The notes under the pieces were generated by a model. The model did no database searches, was not told the DNA's origin, and saw nothing but the letters and a program-made list of their open reading frames with translations. This document shows, piece by piece, positions 10,200 to 20,148 of a stretch of 64,000 nucleotides of DNA. How positions within the stretch are numbered: position 1 is the stretch's first letter; each line of letters begins with the position of its first letter. Location of the stretch: NCBI GenBank assembly GCA_041687695.1, contig JAWLBL010000018.1:32001-96000 (forward strand), written 5' to 3'. Source of the DNA: Myxococcota bacterium. Its GTDB lineage: Bacteria; Myxococcota_A; UBA9042; PHBI01; JAWLBL01. Position numbers and translations under genes: made by a program.

Positions 10200-11480
10200 T
10201 CACGACTCGCGCGAGATCTGGGCGCCGAGCTCGCGCAGCTTGTCGTCGATGCGCTCGTAGCCGCGATCGATCTGCCGCACGTTGTAGATGGTCGAGGTGC
10301 CCTTGGCGGCGAGGCTGGCGATGAGCAGCGACATGCCGGCGCGGACGTCGGGGCTCTCGAGGCGCGTGCCGTACAGCTGCGACGGCCCGACGACCACGGC
10401 GCGGTGCGGGTCGCACAGGATGATGCTGGCGCCCATGGTGGTCAGGGCGTCGGTGAAGAACATGCGGCCCTCGAACATCTTCTCGAAGAACAGCACGGTG
10501 CCGTGGCACTGCGTGGCGACCGTGATGAGGATGGACATGAGGTCGGTCGGGAAGGCCGGCCAGGGCGCGTCGTCGATCTTGGGGATGGCGCCGTGCAGAT
10601 CGCTGCGGACCTTCATCGGCTGGCCCGGCGAGACGCGGACGCGGTCCTCGCCGACCTCGGGGCAGATGCCGAGCTTGGCGAAGGTGTGCAGGATCATGCG
10701 CAGCTCGCCGGGGCGCACGTCGGTGATGGTGATGTCCGACTGCGTGATGGCGGCGAGGCCCATGAAGCTGCCGATCTCGAGGTAGTCCGGGCCGATGGTG
10801 TGGGTCGTGCCGTGCAGGCGCCCGGCGCCGGTGATGCGCAGCGAGCTGGTGCCGATGCCGGTGACCTCGGCGCCCATGGAGACCAGCATGCGGCAGATGC
10901 CCTGCACGTGCGGCTCGCAGGCGGCGTTCATCAGCGTAGTCGTGCCCTTGGCCAGGGCGGCGGCCATGATGATGTTCTCGGTCGCGGTGACCGAGGCCTC
11001 GTCCAGGAAGATCTCGGTGCCGACCAGGCCCTCGTCGGTCGTCAGGTGATAGCCGTCGTCCAGGGACAGGCGGCCGCCCAGCGCCTCGAGGCCCAGAAAG
11101 TGCGTGTCCACGCGGCGGCGGCCGATGACGTCGCCGCCCGGCGGGGGCAGGGTCACCGAGCCCATGCGGGCCAGCATCGGCCCGGCGAACAGGATGGACG
11201 CGCGGATGCGGCGGCACAGGTCGGGGTCCAGGGTCGTGCCGGTCAGGCTCTCGGCGGTGATCCGGACGGTGCCGGGGGCGAGGCGCTCGATCTTGCAGCC
11301 GATGCTCTCCATCACCTCGAGCATGACCCGCACGTCGACGATGTCCGGCAGGTTCTTGAGGATGACCGGCTCGCTGGTCAGCAGGCAGGCCGCCAGCGCC
11401 GGCAGGGCCTCGTTCTTGCTGCCGCTGGGGCGGACGGTGCCGGACAGCGCGCGGCCGCCCTCGATGATGAACTTGTCCAA
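10200..11480 (-). CDS. murA: UDP-N-acetylglucosamine 1-carboxyvinyltransferase
   Basis: SGSKNEALP, RASIL, PGGDVIGRR, SVTATEN, NAACEPHV, PAFPTD, SPDVRAG, IDRGYE; TTG start. Confidence 0.95.
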   Translation of the reverse strand: MDKFIIEGGRALSGTVRPSGSKNEALPALAACLLTSEPVILKNLPDIVDVRVMLEVMESIGCKIERLAPGTVRITAESLTGTTLDPDLCRRIRASILFAGPMLARMGSVTLPPPGGDVIGRRRVDTHFLGLEALGGRLSLDDGYHLTTDEGLVGTEIFLDEASVTATENIIMAAALAKGTTTLMNAACEPHVQGICRMLVSMGAEVTGIGTSSLRITGAGRLHGTTHTIGPDYLEIGSFMGLAAITQSDITITDVRPGELRMILHTFAKLGICPEVGEDRVRVSPGQPMKVRSDLHGAIPKIDDAPWPAFPTDLMSILITVATQCHGTVLFFEKMFEGRMFFTDALTTMGASIILCDPHRAVVVGPSQLYGTRLESPDVRAGMSLLIASLAAKGTSTIYNVRQIDRGYERIDDKLRELGAQISRES

Positions 11481-11540
11481 GCTGGCCTCCTAGCCCGGCG
11501 TGGGACGCCGAGGCGACTGTAATCTGGCTCGGTTACGGCG

Positions 11541-12668
11541 TCACGAATCGGCGCCCGGGCCGAGGACGCCGCCGCGCACCGTGAACACGCGGGCGGTCTC
11601 GTCGGTCCGCCCGACCTGCACCCAGCGGCGGTCGGTGGTGGTGATGAAGACCTGGCCGCCGGCGCCGTCGAGGTAGCTCATCAGCTGCGCGTTGCGCGTG
11701 CGATCGAGCTCGCTGGAGACGTCGTCGAGCAGCAGGACCGGGAAGACGCCCAGCGCCTGGGCGATACGTTGCATCTCGGCGACCTTGAGGGCCAGCACGA
11801 AGGCGCGGTGCTGGCCCTGGCTGGCGAACTGGCGGACCGGGCGACCCGCCAGCGAGAAGTCCAGGTCGTCGGTGTGCGGACCGCTGGTCGTGTAGCCACG
11901 CCGCAGGTCCGTGTCGACCGTGGCGGCGAGCCGCTCGGTGAAGGCCGCCTCGAGGGCCTCCTCGTCGGCGCCCTCGCGCGCGCCGGGCAGGCCGACGTAG
12001 CGCAGGTCGCCCTCGAGCTTGCCGCCGGTCATGTCGCTCAGGACACGCTCGAAGAGCGGACGGAAGCTGTCGACGTAGGTCAGCCGGCGCCACAGGACCC
12101 GCGCCCCGCGCCGCGCCAGCTCCTGGTCGAACGAGGCCATCAGCGCCGGATCGACCGCGCGGCCGCCGGACTGCTTGAGCAGCTTGTTGCGGCTCTTGAG
12201 GGCGGTGGCGTAGGCCCGCGCCTCGTCGAGGTAGGCCGGCCACACGCCGAAGACGGCCCGGTCGAGCAGGCGCCGCCGCAGGGCCGGCCCCTCCTTGGTG
12301 ACCGCCAGGTCGTCGGGCCCGAACAGGACGACGTTGAGGTGCCCGAAGAAGCTCGACAGGCTGGTGACCGCCTTGCCGTCCAGCTCGGCGCGCCGGCCCT
12401 TGGCCGAGATCTCGACCGCGATGGTCCGGGTGACCTCGCGTCGGACCGCCTCGCCCCGCACCAGCGCCGTCGCGTGACCCCAGCCGATGAGCTCGGCCGA
12501 GCGGGCGTCGCGGAAGCTGCGGAAGGTGGCGAGGAGGTAGATGGCCTCGAGGAGGTTCGTCTTCCCCTGGCCGTTGTCGCCCTCGAGGATGTTGAAGCGC
12601 GGGTGCGCCTCGAGGGCGACGTGGTCCAGGTTGCGGAAGCGCTCGCAGGTGAGCCGGAGCAGCTGCAC
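11541..12668 (-). CDS. recF: DNA replication/repair protein RecF
   Basis: FRN, Walker A GDNGQGKTNLLEAI, RRRLLD, GPHTDD, SQGQHR, LLLDDVSSELD; lies downstream of dnaN. Confidence 0.96.
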   Translation of the reverse strand: MQLLRLTCERFRNLDHVALEAHPRFNILEGDNGQGKTNLLEAIYLLATFRSFRDARSAELIGWGHATALVRGEAVRREVTRTIAVEISAKGRRAELDGKAVTSLSSFFGHLNVVLFGPDDLAVTKEGPALRRRLLDRAVFGVWPAYLDEARAYATALKSRNKLLKQSGGRAVDPALMASFDQELARRGARVLWRRLTYVDSFRPLFERVLSDMTGGKLEGDLRYVGLPGAREGADEEALEAAFTERLAATVDTDLRRGYTTSGPHTDDLDFSLAGRPVRQFASQGQHRAFVLALKVAEMQRIAQALGVFPVLLLDDVSSELDRTRNAQLMSYLDGAGGQVFITTTDRRWVQVGRTDETARVFTVRGGVLGPGADS

Positions 12669-12723
12669 GGCCGTCGATCTCTCCGGCTGACGCGGACGGG
12701 GCTGGGGGACGCTCGGGCGAGCG

Positions 12724-13851
12724 TCAGATACGCATCGGCATGACGACGAAGAGCGCCCCGGGCTCGGCCGGCGACGACAGGACCGAGGCCCCGTACTCGT
12801 CGGAGAACTCGAGGACGGCCGTCTCGCCGCGGATGACGTTCAGGACGTCGAGCAGGTAGGTGTAGTTGAACCCGATGACCATCCCCTCGCCGTCGTAGTC
12901 GACGTCGAGCTCGTCGCGGCCCTCGCCGTAGTCGGGGTTCGAGGTCGTGAAGGCGAGGCGCCCGGGCTGCAGCTCGAGCTTGATGATGTAGGTCTTGTTC
13001 GAGGTCAGGATGGCGATGCGGCGGATGGCGCTGAGCATCCGCTGGCGATCGACCGTGATCTTGATGGGCGACGAGGCCGGGATGACGCGCTGGTACTCGG
13101 GGTAGTTGCCCTCGATCTGGCGCACCGTGAAGGTGGTCCCGCTGGCGCGGAAGAGGATCTGACCGCGGGCGAAGCCGACCTCGACCACGCTCTGGTCGTC
13201 GTCGAGCAGGCGGCGGAGCTCCTGGACGCCCTTCTTGTGGACGATGGCCTCGTGGGGCTTGCCGTCGTAGCCCTGCGCCTCGGTCTCGAGCTCGACCTTG
13301 GACAGGCGGTGGCCGTCCGTGGAGACGGCGGTCAGGCGGGCGAGGCCCTCCTCGCTGCCGGCGCCGACCTTGAGGAAGACGCCGTTCAGGTTCATGCGCG
13401 TCTCGTCGTCCGAGATGCTGAAGGCGGTCTTCTCGATGAGGTCCTTGAGCGTCCCGCGCGGGATGCCGATCCAGGTGACCTCGGAGGGGGTGGTCACGTC
13501 GGGGAAGTCCGACGCCGGGATGCCGGCCAGCTTGAAGCGGCTGCGGCCGGCGGTGACCTCGGCCCAGTGGTTGGGCTGGATCGACAGGCGGATGCTGGCG
13601 TCGTCGAGGCTCTTGACCACGTCGAACAGGCTCTTGCCGTTGACGCAGGCCGTGCCCGCCTGGAGCACCTCGCCGGCGACCTGGGCCTGCACGACGACGT
13701 CGTAGTCGGTGCCGACCATCTGGAGCCCCCCGTCGGTCGAGGCGAGCAGCAGGTGGCTCAGCACGTTCACCGTGCTCTTCTTGTCGACGACACCCTGGGC
13801 CTTCGACAGCGCGCCGAGGAAGGTGCTGCGGTCGAGCTTCAGCTCCAGCAT
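12724..13851 (-). CDS. dnaN: DNA polymerase III beta sliding clamp
   Basis: DETRMNLNGV, VSTDGHRL, YPEYQRVIP, IGFN..YLLDVL, C-terminal VVMPMRI. Confidence 0.97.
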   Translation of the reverse strand: MLELKLDRSTFLGALSKAQGVVDKKSTVNVLSHLLLASTDGGLQMVGTDYDVVVQAQVAGEVLQAGTACVNGKSLFDVVKSLDDASIRLSIQPNHWAEVTAGRSRFKLAGIPASDFPDVTTPSEVTWIGIPRGTLKDLIEKTAFSISDDETRMNLNGVFLKVGAGSEEGLARLTAVSTDGHRLSKVELETEAQGYDGKPHEAIVHKKGVQELRRLLDDDQSVVEVGFARGQILFRASGTTFTVRQIEGNYPEYQRVIPASSPIKITVDRQRMLSAIRRIAILTSNKTYIIKLELQPGRLAFTTSNPDYGEGRDELDVDYDGEGMVIGFNYTYLLDVLNVIRGETAVLEFSDEYGASVLSSPAEPGALFVVMPMRI

Positions 13852-14296
13852 GGGGACCCTCTCTTCAGAGACTCTTCATCATCAAAGGAGAGCCTCCATA
13901 GCAGATCCCAGAAGAGAAAGTAAGGGCTGTGGGCGGTGTGGAGCGGCGCCGGAACCACCCGTAAGCCCGAGACAATCGGGATCCTTTTCCCCGGGGATCG
14001 CGCGATCGATCCACAGGGGGACTTCCTGTGGATGACGCGGAGCGTCACGTCGCCCACCGCTCCTCCACAGGGCCGTCACCAGGATGTCAACGCGTTGTCC
14101 ACGGGGGCCTGTGGATCATCGGAGAAAGTCCCCAACGGACTGGGAAATCTTTCGCTCGGACTCCGAACGCAAGAAGGCCGATCGCGCGGGGGGCGCGTCG
14201 GCCTCGGGTGACCGCCGTCGGAGGGCGGTCGGCGCAGGTCGTCCGGCGGGACGCGGGGGTCCCGTCGGCGGAGTCACGCCACGGCTGGCAGGTGGA
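13852..14296. other. Probable chromosomal replication origin (oriC) between dnaA and dnaN
   Basis: DnaA-box-like 9-mers: 14007-14015 CGATCCACA(+), 14027-14035 TCATCCACA(-), 14061-14069 TCCTCCACA(+), 14095-14103 TTGTCCACG(+), 14110-14118 TGATCCACA(-), and two tandem boxes at 13928-13945(-) followed by GCCC and a locally AT-rich tract. Confidence 0.8.
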
Positions 14297-15646
14297 TCAG
14301 TGCGTCAGGCCTCGCCGGAGCCGCTCGATGCGGGCCTTCAGCTCGGGGTCGGCCTCGCGCAGCAGCTCGATGCGCTTCAAGGCGTTGATCACCGTGGTGT
14401 GGTCGCGCCCCCCGAACATCTGCCCGATCTGCGGCAGCGAGCCGTCGGTCAGCTCGCGCACCAGGTGCATCGCCACCTGGCGCGGGACGGTGATGTTGCG
14501 GTGGCGCTTGGGGCCCTTGAGATCGTTGACCGTCAGCCGGTAGTCGGCGGCGACCGCCTTGATGATGGCGTCGGGCGAGACGCGGCGCGCCTCCTCGCTG
14601 ACCAGGTCGCCCAGCACCTCTCGCGTCATGGCGATGGTGATGGGCGTTCCGAAGATGCGGGCGGTCGCCTCGAGGCGCATCAGCGCCCCCTCGAGCTCGC
14701 GCACGTTGGCCACGATGTGGCGCGCGAGCAGCATCGCGACCTCGTCGGGGAGGTCGCAGCCGTCGGCGTCGGCCTTGCGCTTCAAGATGGCGACCCGCGT
14801 CTCGAGCCCCGGCGGCTTGACGTCGGCGATGAGGCCCCACTCGAGGCGGGACTTCAGGCGATCCTCCATGTCGGGGATCGTGCGGGGCGGCTGGTCGCTC
14901 GTCAGCACGATCTGGCGGTGCGACGAGTGCAGCGTGTTGAAGACGTGGAAGAACTCCTCCTCGGTCCGGTCCTTGCCGGCGAGGAACTGGATGTCGTCGA
15001 CCAGCAGGAGATCGCACTCGTCGCGGTACTTGCGGCGGAAGTCGTGGACGCTGTCGGTGCGGATCGCGTTGATGAAGTCGTTGAGGAAGGTCTCGCTGGT
15101 GACGTAGCGGATGCGCGCGCGCGGGTTGCGCTCGGCGACCTCGTGGCCGATGGCGTGGAGCAGGTGCGTCTTGCCCAGGCCCACTCCCCCGTAGATGAAG
15201 AGGGGGTTGTAGCGGGTGCCGGGTCCGTCGGCGACGGCGCGCGCCGCGTTGAGCGCGAACTGGTTGGTCGGGCCGTCGACGAAGCTCTCGAACCGGTAGC
15301 GGGCGATGAGCTCGGGGCGCGGCGTCGGGGCGGCGGGCGCGGTGATCGTCGGCCCGGACCGGTCGGCAGGCGACGCCGGCGCCAGGGCGGCCGCCTGCGC
15401 GTCGTCACCCGGCGTGTCCCAGACGATGCCGTAGTCGGCCAGGCCCTCGCCGGCGAGCGCTTCGGCGATCGTTGGAAGCAGGTGCTCCTCGAGCCAATGC
15501 GCGTGCGACGCGTCGGGGACGCCCAGCACGATCTCGCGGCGCTGGTGATCGACCCGGTGGCACACGATCGGGGCGATCCAGTGCATGTAGTCGTACGGTT
15601 GAATGGTCGACTTCAGCTTGTCGACCGTTCTTTCCCAGACGTTCAA
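14297..15646 (-). CDS. dnaA: Chromosomal replication initiator DnaA
   Basis: [72 protein letters not shown] start. Confidence 0.98.
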   Translation of the reverse strand: MNVWERTVDKLKSTIQPYDYMHWIAPIVCHRVDHQRREIVLGVPDASHAHWLEEHLLPTIAEALAGEGLADYGIVWDTPGDDAQAAALAPASPADRSGPTITAPAAPTPRPELIARYRFESFVDGPTNQFALNAARAVADGPGTRYNPLFIYGGVGLGKTHLLHAIGHEVAERNPRARIRYVTSETFLNDFINAIRTDSVHDFRRKYRDECDLLLVDDIQFLAGKDRTEEEFFHVFNTLHSSHRQIVLTSDQPPRTIPDMEDRLKSRLEWGLIADVKPPGLETRVAILKRKADADGCDLPDEVAMLLARHIVANVRELEGALMRLEATARIFGTPITIAMTREVLGDLVSEEARRVSPDAIIKAVAADYRLTVNDLKGPKRHRNITVPRQVAMHLVRELTDGSLPQIGQMFGGRDHTTVINALKRIELLREADPELKARIERLRRGLTH

Positions 15647-16067
15647 AGGAGAACCCTTTCACTCGACGGACATGGACGGACGAGGCCATCGACCGCAGCT
15701 GCGGACCATGGCGAGCTCCTCCGTGACGTGGCTGGCGCTGTCCATGCAAAGACGATCGCGAGCGACCGCACGCATCTCCCCGGACAGGCGACGCACGACA
15801 CGGAGCTATTCGAGGCGACGGGTGGGTCGACGCGACCGAGCGCGGCGCGTGACCAGCTTGGTGAGGGGTAGCAGACGGTTCGGGAGGTCGGCAAGGGGCC
15901 CCGCGCCCGGGCGTGGTGACTTCGGGGCGAACCCCCGGAGATCGGGGCCGAATCGGGTTCACGGTGGTCGGGGGGTCGGGCCCGGTGATCCCCAGGTCGG
16001 ATCCGCCAGCGTGGATCGCTCAACGATCCCGGGCGGTTACGGTGGGGCCTCCGCGGCGCCTTTCTTC

Positions 16068-16098
16068 TTGACAGCCGGGCGAGGGGCGTGGTTAGTGT
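16068..16098 (+). promoter_or_regulatory. Putative sigma70 promoter of the rpmH operon
   Basis: Perfect TTGACA at 16068-16073 and TAGTGT at 16093-16098 (19-nt spacer, longer than optimal), about 60 nt before rpmH. Confidence 0.45.
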
Positions 16099-16156
16099 CG
16101 CCGCCTCTTTTGCCCCGGCGGCCCCCGACCGCCCCATCGAAGTCCCGGAGGACGCG

Positions 16157-16309
16157 GTGTCCAAGCGCACGTACCAGCCGAGCAACCGCAAGCGCAAGAA
16201 CAAGCACGGGTTCCGCGAGCGCAACTCGACCCACTCGGGTCGCAAGATCCTGGCCGCTCGCCGCCGTAAGGGCCGCAAGCGCCTGACGGTCACGACGCCC
16301 AAGAAGTGA
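16157..16309 (+). CDS. rpmH: 50S ribosomal protein L34
   Basis: (M)[21 protein letters not shown]...[27 protein letters not shown] start. Confidence 0.97.
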   Translation: MSKRTYQPSNRKRKNKHGFRERNSTHSGRKILAARRRKGRKRLTVTTPKK

Positions 16310-16773
16310 TCCCGCCGGGTGGGGTGGAGTCCGATCGGCCCAGCCATCGCTTCACACCCGAGCAACGCCTCCGCAAGCGCCGCGAGTTCCTCCGCATCCA
16401 GGACCGCGGCCGGCGGATCCACGGCCGACGCTTCATCTTCTCGATCCAACCCGGCGCCACCGACAAGGCCCGCATCGGCATCACGGTCTCCCGAAAGGTC
16501 GGCAACGCCGTCGTCCGAAACCGGATCAAGCGCTGGGTCCGCGAGGCCTTCCGCCAACACCCGGAGCTGTTCCGATACCCCATCGACGTCGTGATGACGG
16601 CCAAGCGGGGCATCGAGGACTTCAGCTACGCGGCCGTTCGGGACGAGCTCATCGATGTCATCACCCGCTACTACGAGTCGCCCGGCGAGGGCCGCCACCG
16701 CGGTGGTCACGGCCCTTCGCGCGCTCGACGCGGGCATCGGCCACGTGGCTCGGGTGCCGATCGCGCTGTATAA
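16306..16773 (+). CDS. rnpA: Ribonuclease P protein component
   Basis: [36 protein letters not shown] (RNR motif); follows rpmH. Confidence 0.93.
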   Translation: MIPPGGVESDRPSHRFTPEQRLRKRREFLRIQDRGRRIHGRRFIFSIQPGATDKARIGITVSRKVGNAVVRNRIKRWVREAFRQHPELFRYPIDVVMTAKRGIEDFSYAAVRDELIDVITRYYESPGEGRHRGGHGPSRARRGHRPRGSGADRAV

Positions 16774-16981
16774 GGCGCTCGTCTCGCCCTTCCTCCCGCC
16801 GGCCTGCCGGTTCCATCCGACCTGCTCGGCCTACGCCGACGGCTGCCTCCGCACCCACGGCTTCCTCCGGGGCGCCCTCCTCGGCGCCTGGCGCATCCTG
16901 CGCTGCCACCCCTGGTCCGCCGGGGGCGAGGATCCCGTCCCACCCCGCCCTCCCCTTCGCCCCTGCCGAGGACGCCCGTGA
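16703..16981 (+). CDS. yidD: Membrane protein insertion efficiency factor YidD
   Basis: [23 protein letters not shown]...HG...RILRCHPWSAGGEDPVP; GTG at 16703 inferred (ORF is open from 16655). Confidence 0.92.
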   Translation: MVTALRALDAGIGHVARVPIALYKALVSPFLPPACRFHPTCSAYADGCLRTHGFLRGALLGAWRILRCHPWSAGGEDPVPPRPPLRPCRGRP

Positions 16982-19113
16982 TGATTCGCCCAAGCGCGCG
17001 CGCGCTGATCGCGACCCTGACGGTCACGGCCGCCCTGATGGCCCCGCCAGGCCGCGCCCAGGAGGCGCAGAGCCAGGGGGCCGCCCAGGGCGACGGCGTG
17101 CAGGCGCCCGCCGGACCGGTGATCGAGGTGCCCGGCGAGGTGTCGCGGGCGCGGGTCGAGACCCCGACGGGGCAGCCGATCTCGGACGAGCGCGTCAAGG
17201 TGCGCGTCCCCAAGGCCGATCCCGCGGTCGAGTACGAGTTCACGAGCCGCGGCGGGACGACCCGCGCGGCGCGCATGCTGAACGAGCGCTACACGCGCGA
17301 CGCCCAGCCGGCCGTGCCGGGGGTTCCGGCCGAGAAGGTGGCCGGCGGGCCCATCGATCTGGTGATGACCTGGGACCCCGGGTTCCTGCCGTTCCGGCTC
17401 GAGTTCAGCGAGCTGGCGACCGGGAGCGCGATCACGACCGTCGTGCACCGGGCCCGCGGCGGCGCCCTGGTGGGCGGTCAGCTGCGGCCGCCCGAGGCCG
17501 CGGTCGACGTCGATCAGCGCGTGCGGCCCGGCGATCAGATCGTGATCACGGCGCCGGCCACCGTGGCGGGCACCTTCACCGTGCGCGACGTGGCCGTCGG
17601 CGGCTTCACGCCGGCCGAGACGCTGCCCGTCGCCGACGCGGCGGGCGTGGACTACGAGATCCGGCGCGTCGGTGATCTCAAGGCGCTGTGGGACGCCGGA
17701 CCGACCTTCGCGCGGGTGTCGCAGGGCACCGGCCTGCCGCTGGTCTACGTCTGGCCCGACCCGGCGACCACCGACTCGCCGGTGTATGTCGAGAAGCGCT
17801 TCAGCGCGACCGGCCGCCCCTACCAGCTCGAGCTGGCGGTGACCCTGCACAACGTCGGCGCGGTCGACCTGCGCCACCGCTTCGGGCTGCGGGTCACCGG
17901 GTGGCAGCACCCGTCGATCGGCCCGGGCGGGCTGTTCGAGATCCCGCTGCACACGCTGGCGGGCAGCTGCTGGACCGGCGGCGACCTCGAGCGGCACGAG
18001 TTCGGCTCGCTCGCCGAGGAGCCGCGCAGCTTCTCGACCGACACGTCCTGGGTCGGCGTCGACAGCCGGTACTTCGTCTCGGCGGTCGCCGGGCTGGATC
18101 TTCCGGACGGGCAGTGCGCGCTCGAGGCCAACGCGCAGACGCGCGTCGTCTCGGCGACGCTGTGGCTGCGGGGGGTCCAGACGATCAAGGGGGCGCCCAC
18201 GGCGTGCATCCCGTCGTGGATGGCGCAGCGGCAGCCCGATCGGGTGACCTGCGAGGCCGCGGCGCAGGCCCTGGGCCACCAGCCGACCGACGCGATGCGG
18301 GACATCCGGGCCAGCTGGCAGACCCGCCGGCCCGGCCTCGAGGGCGCCGCGCAGAAGGCGCTGGACGACGCGTGGCAGGCCCTCAGCGCCCGGTCGCGGG
18401 ACGCCTATCGCTTCCTCATCTACACCGGCCCCAAGGACCTCGACGTCCTGAGCCTGGCCGGTCAGAACCTGTCCGAGAGCCTCGACTTCGGCGTGCTGGG
18501 GGTCATCGGCGAGCCGATGCACCGGCTGATGCGCTGGTTCCACGACCTGACGGGCCACTGGGCGCTCGCCATCATCCTGCTGACGCTGCTGGTCAAGCTG
18601 CTGCTGCTGCCGCTGACCAACAAGAGCTTCCAGATGATGCAGAAGATGCAGAAGCTCAAGCCCGAGATGGACGCCCTGCGCGCCAAGCACGGCGAGGATC
18701 GGGTGAAGATCCAGCAGGAGATGATGGCGCTGTACAAGCGCTATCAGGTCAATCCACTGTCGGGCTGCCTGCCGATGGTCATCCAGATGCCGATCTGGCT
18801 CGCCCTGTACCACACCATCGGCTCGGCCGTGGAGCTGTACCACGCGCCCCTCGGGCTGTGGATCCAGGACCTCTCCGCGCCCGATCCCTACTACACCATG
18901 CCCGTTGTGCTCGGCGCCCTGATGCTGGTACAGAGCCACTTCACCACGACCACGCCGATGGAAGGCTTCCAGGGCAAGTTCCTGAAGTACGGCATGCCGG
19001 CCATGTTCAGCATCTTCATGCTGTTCCTGCCGAGCGGGCTCGTCCTGTACATCCTCGTCAACACCCTGCTGACCATCATCCAGAACATCATCATCCGGCG
19101 GCGCATGGCATGA
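16978..19113 (+). CDS. yidC: Membrane protein insertase YidC, long form
   Basis: YTGPK, LDFG, WALAIILLTLLVK, NPLSGCLPMVIQMPIW, WIQDLSAPDP, PSGLVLY. Confidence 0.95.
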   Translation: MMIRPSARALIATLTVTAALMAPPGRAQEAQSQGAAQGDGVQAPAGPVIEVPGEVSRARVETPTGQPISDERVKVRVPKADPAVEYEFTSRGGTTRAARMLNERYTRDAQPAVPGVPAEKVAGGPIDLVMTWDPGFLPFRLEFSELATGSAITTVVHRARGGALVGGQLRPPEAAVDVDQRVRPGDQIVITAPATVAGTFTVRDVAVGGFTPAETLPVADAAGVDYEIRRVGDLKALWDAGPTFARVSQGTGLPLVYVWPDPATTDSPVYVEKRFSATGRPYQLELAVTLHNVGAVDLRHRFGLRVTGWQHPSIGPGGLFEIPLHTLAGSCWTGGDLERHEFGSLAEEPRSFSTDTSWVGVDSRYFVSAVAGLDLPDGQCALEANAQTRVVSATLWLRGVQTIKGAPTACIPSWMAQRQPDRVTCEAAAQALGHQPTDAMRDIRASWQTRRPGLEGAAQKALDDAWQALSARSRDAYRFLIYTGPKDLDVLSLAGQNLSESLDFGVLGVIGEPMHRLMRWFHDLTGHWALAIILLTLLVKLLLLPLTNKSFQMMQKMQKLKPEMDALRAKHGEDRVKIQQEMMALYKRYQVNPLSGCLPMVIQMPIWLALYHTIGSAVELYHAPLGLWIQDLSAPDPYYTMPVVLGALMLVQSHFTTTTPMEGFQGKFLKYGMPAMFSIFMLFLPSGLVLYILVNTLLTIIQNIIIRRRMA

Positions 19114-20105
19114 GCAAGAACACCTACACGGGCAAGAACATCGAGACGGCCGTGGCGAACGCCGCCAAGAAGCTGGGCGTGGCGCCGGACGCGCTGAACT
19201 ACGAGGTCCTCGCCGGCCAGGCCGGCGGGTTCGCGCTGATCAAGGTCGTCGAAGGCGGCCCGAAGGCCACCGACCTCGTCGAGAAGCTGAGCGGTCCGGC
19301 GGCCGAGGGCGCTCCGGCGGCCGAGGGCGCCGAGGCGCGCGAAGAGGCGCCGCGCGAGGAGCGACGCGAGCGGCGCGAGGACCGTGGCGAGCGCGGTGAG
19401 CGCGGCGGGCGCGGCGAGCGCGGTGACCGTGGCGAGCGCGGTGACCGTGGCGAGCGCGGTGACCGTGGGGGCCGGGGCCGCGGGCGGCGCGACGACCGCC
19501 GGGGCGGCCGCGACGACCGTCGGGGCCGTGACCGCGATCGCGACGAGCGTCCGCGGCGTCGGCGCGACGACGAGCCGCTGCCCGTGCCGGCCGACGGGCC
19601 GACCGAGGTGCTGCTCGAGGTGGCCGAGGGCACGACCCTGAGCGAGATCGGCGAGGACGCACACGAGGTGATGCGGGACATCCTGACCGGCATGGGCTTC
19701 GGGATGCGCGTGGTCCTCACCGAGAGCGAGGACACGGTCCACTTCCAGCTCCACAGCGGCGTCTATCACGACGCGCTGGTGGCCAACGATCTCGAGGTGC
19801 TCGACGGCATCGAGTACCTCATCGACAAGATCGTGAACTTCGACGCCGAGGACCGGCGCCGCATCGTCGTCGACTCCGAGGGCTACAAGGAGCGCGCCGA
19901 CGTGGATCTGGGCGACTCGGCCCGCGAGCTGGCCCAGCGGGCCATGGACGAGGGCCGGACCCTGAAGATGGGCCCCCTCGACGCGCGCTCGCGCCGCATC
20001 GTCCACATCGCCCTGCGCGAGATCGACGGCGTGACCACGATGAGCGAGGGCGAGGGCGCCTTCCGCCGGGTCTGCATCATCCCGAAGAACCTGACCGAGG
20101 CCTGA
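19110..20105 (+). CDS. jag: Jag/KhpB/EloR RNA-binding protein (Jag_N, degenerate KH, R3H)
   Basis: Jag_N GKNIETAV..AAKKLG; IVVDSEGYKER; R3H RRIVH and MSEGEG..RRV; ATG overlaps the yidC stop. Confidence 0.88.
   Translation: MSKNTYTGKNIETAVANAAKKLGVAPDALNYEVLAGQAGGFALIKVVEGGPKATDLVEKLSGPAAEGAPAAEGAEAREEAPREERRERREDRGERGERGGRGERGDRGERGDRGERGDRGGRGRGRRDDRRGGRDDRRGRDRDRDERPRRRRDDEPLPVPADGPTEVLLEVAEGTTLSEIGEDAHEVMRDILTGMGFGMRVVLTESEDTVHFQLHSGVYHDALVANDLEVLDGIEYLIDKIVNFDAEDRRRIVVDSEGYKERADVDLGDSARELAQRAMDEGRTLKMGPLDARSRRIVHIALREIDGVTTMSEGEGAFRRVCIIPKNLTEA
19380..19468 (+). repeat. Intragenic 18-bp/9-bp tandem repeat encoding (DRGERG)n
   Basis: Repeated GACCGTGGCGAGCGCGGT units within jag. Confidence 0.85.
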
Positions 20106-20148
20106 TCGCCGGGCGCGCCGGGGGCGGGTCGATGGGCCCGTCCTCCCG

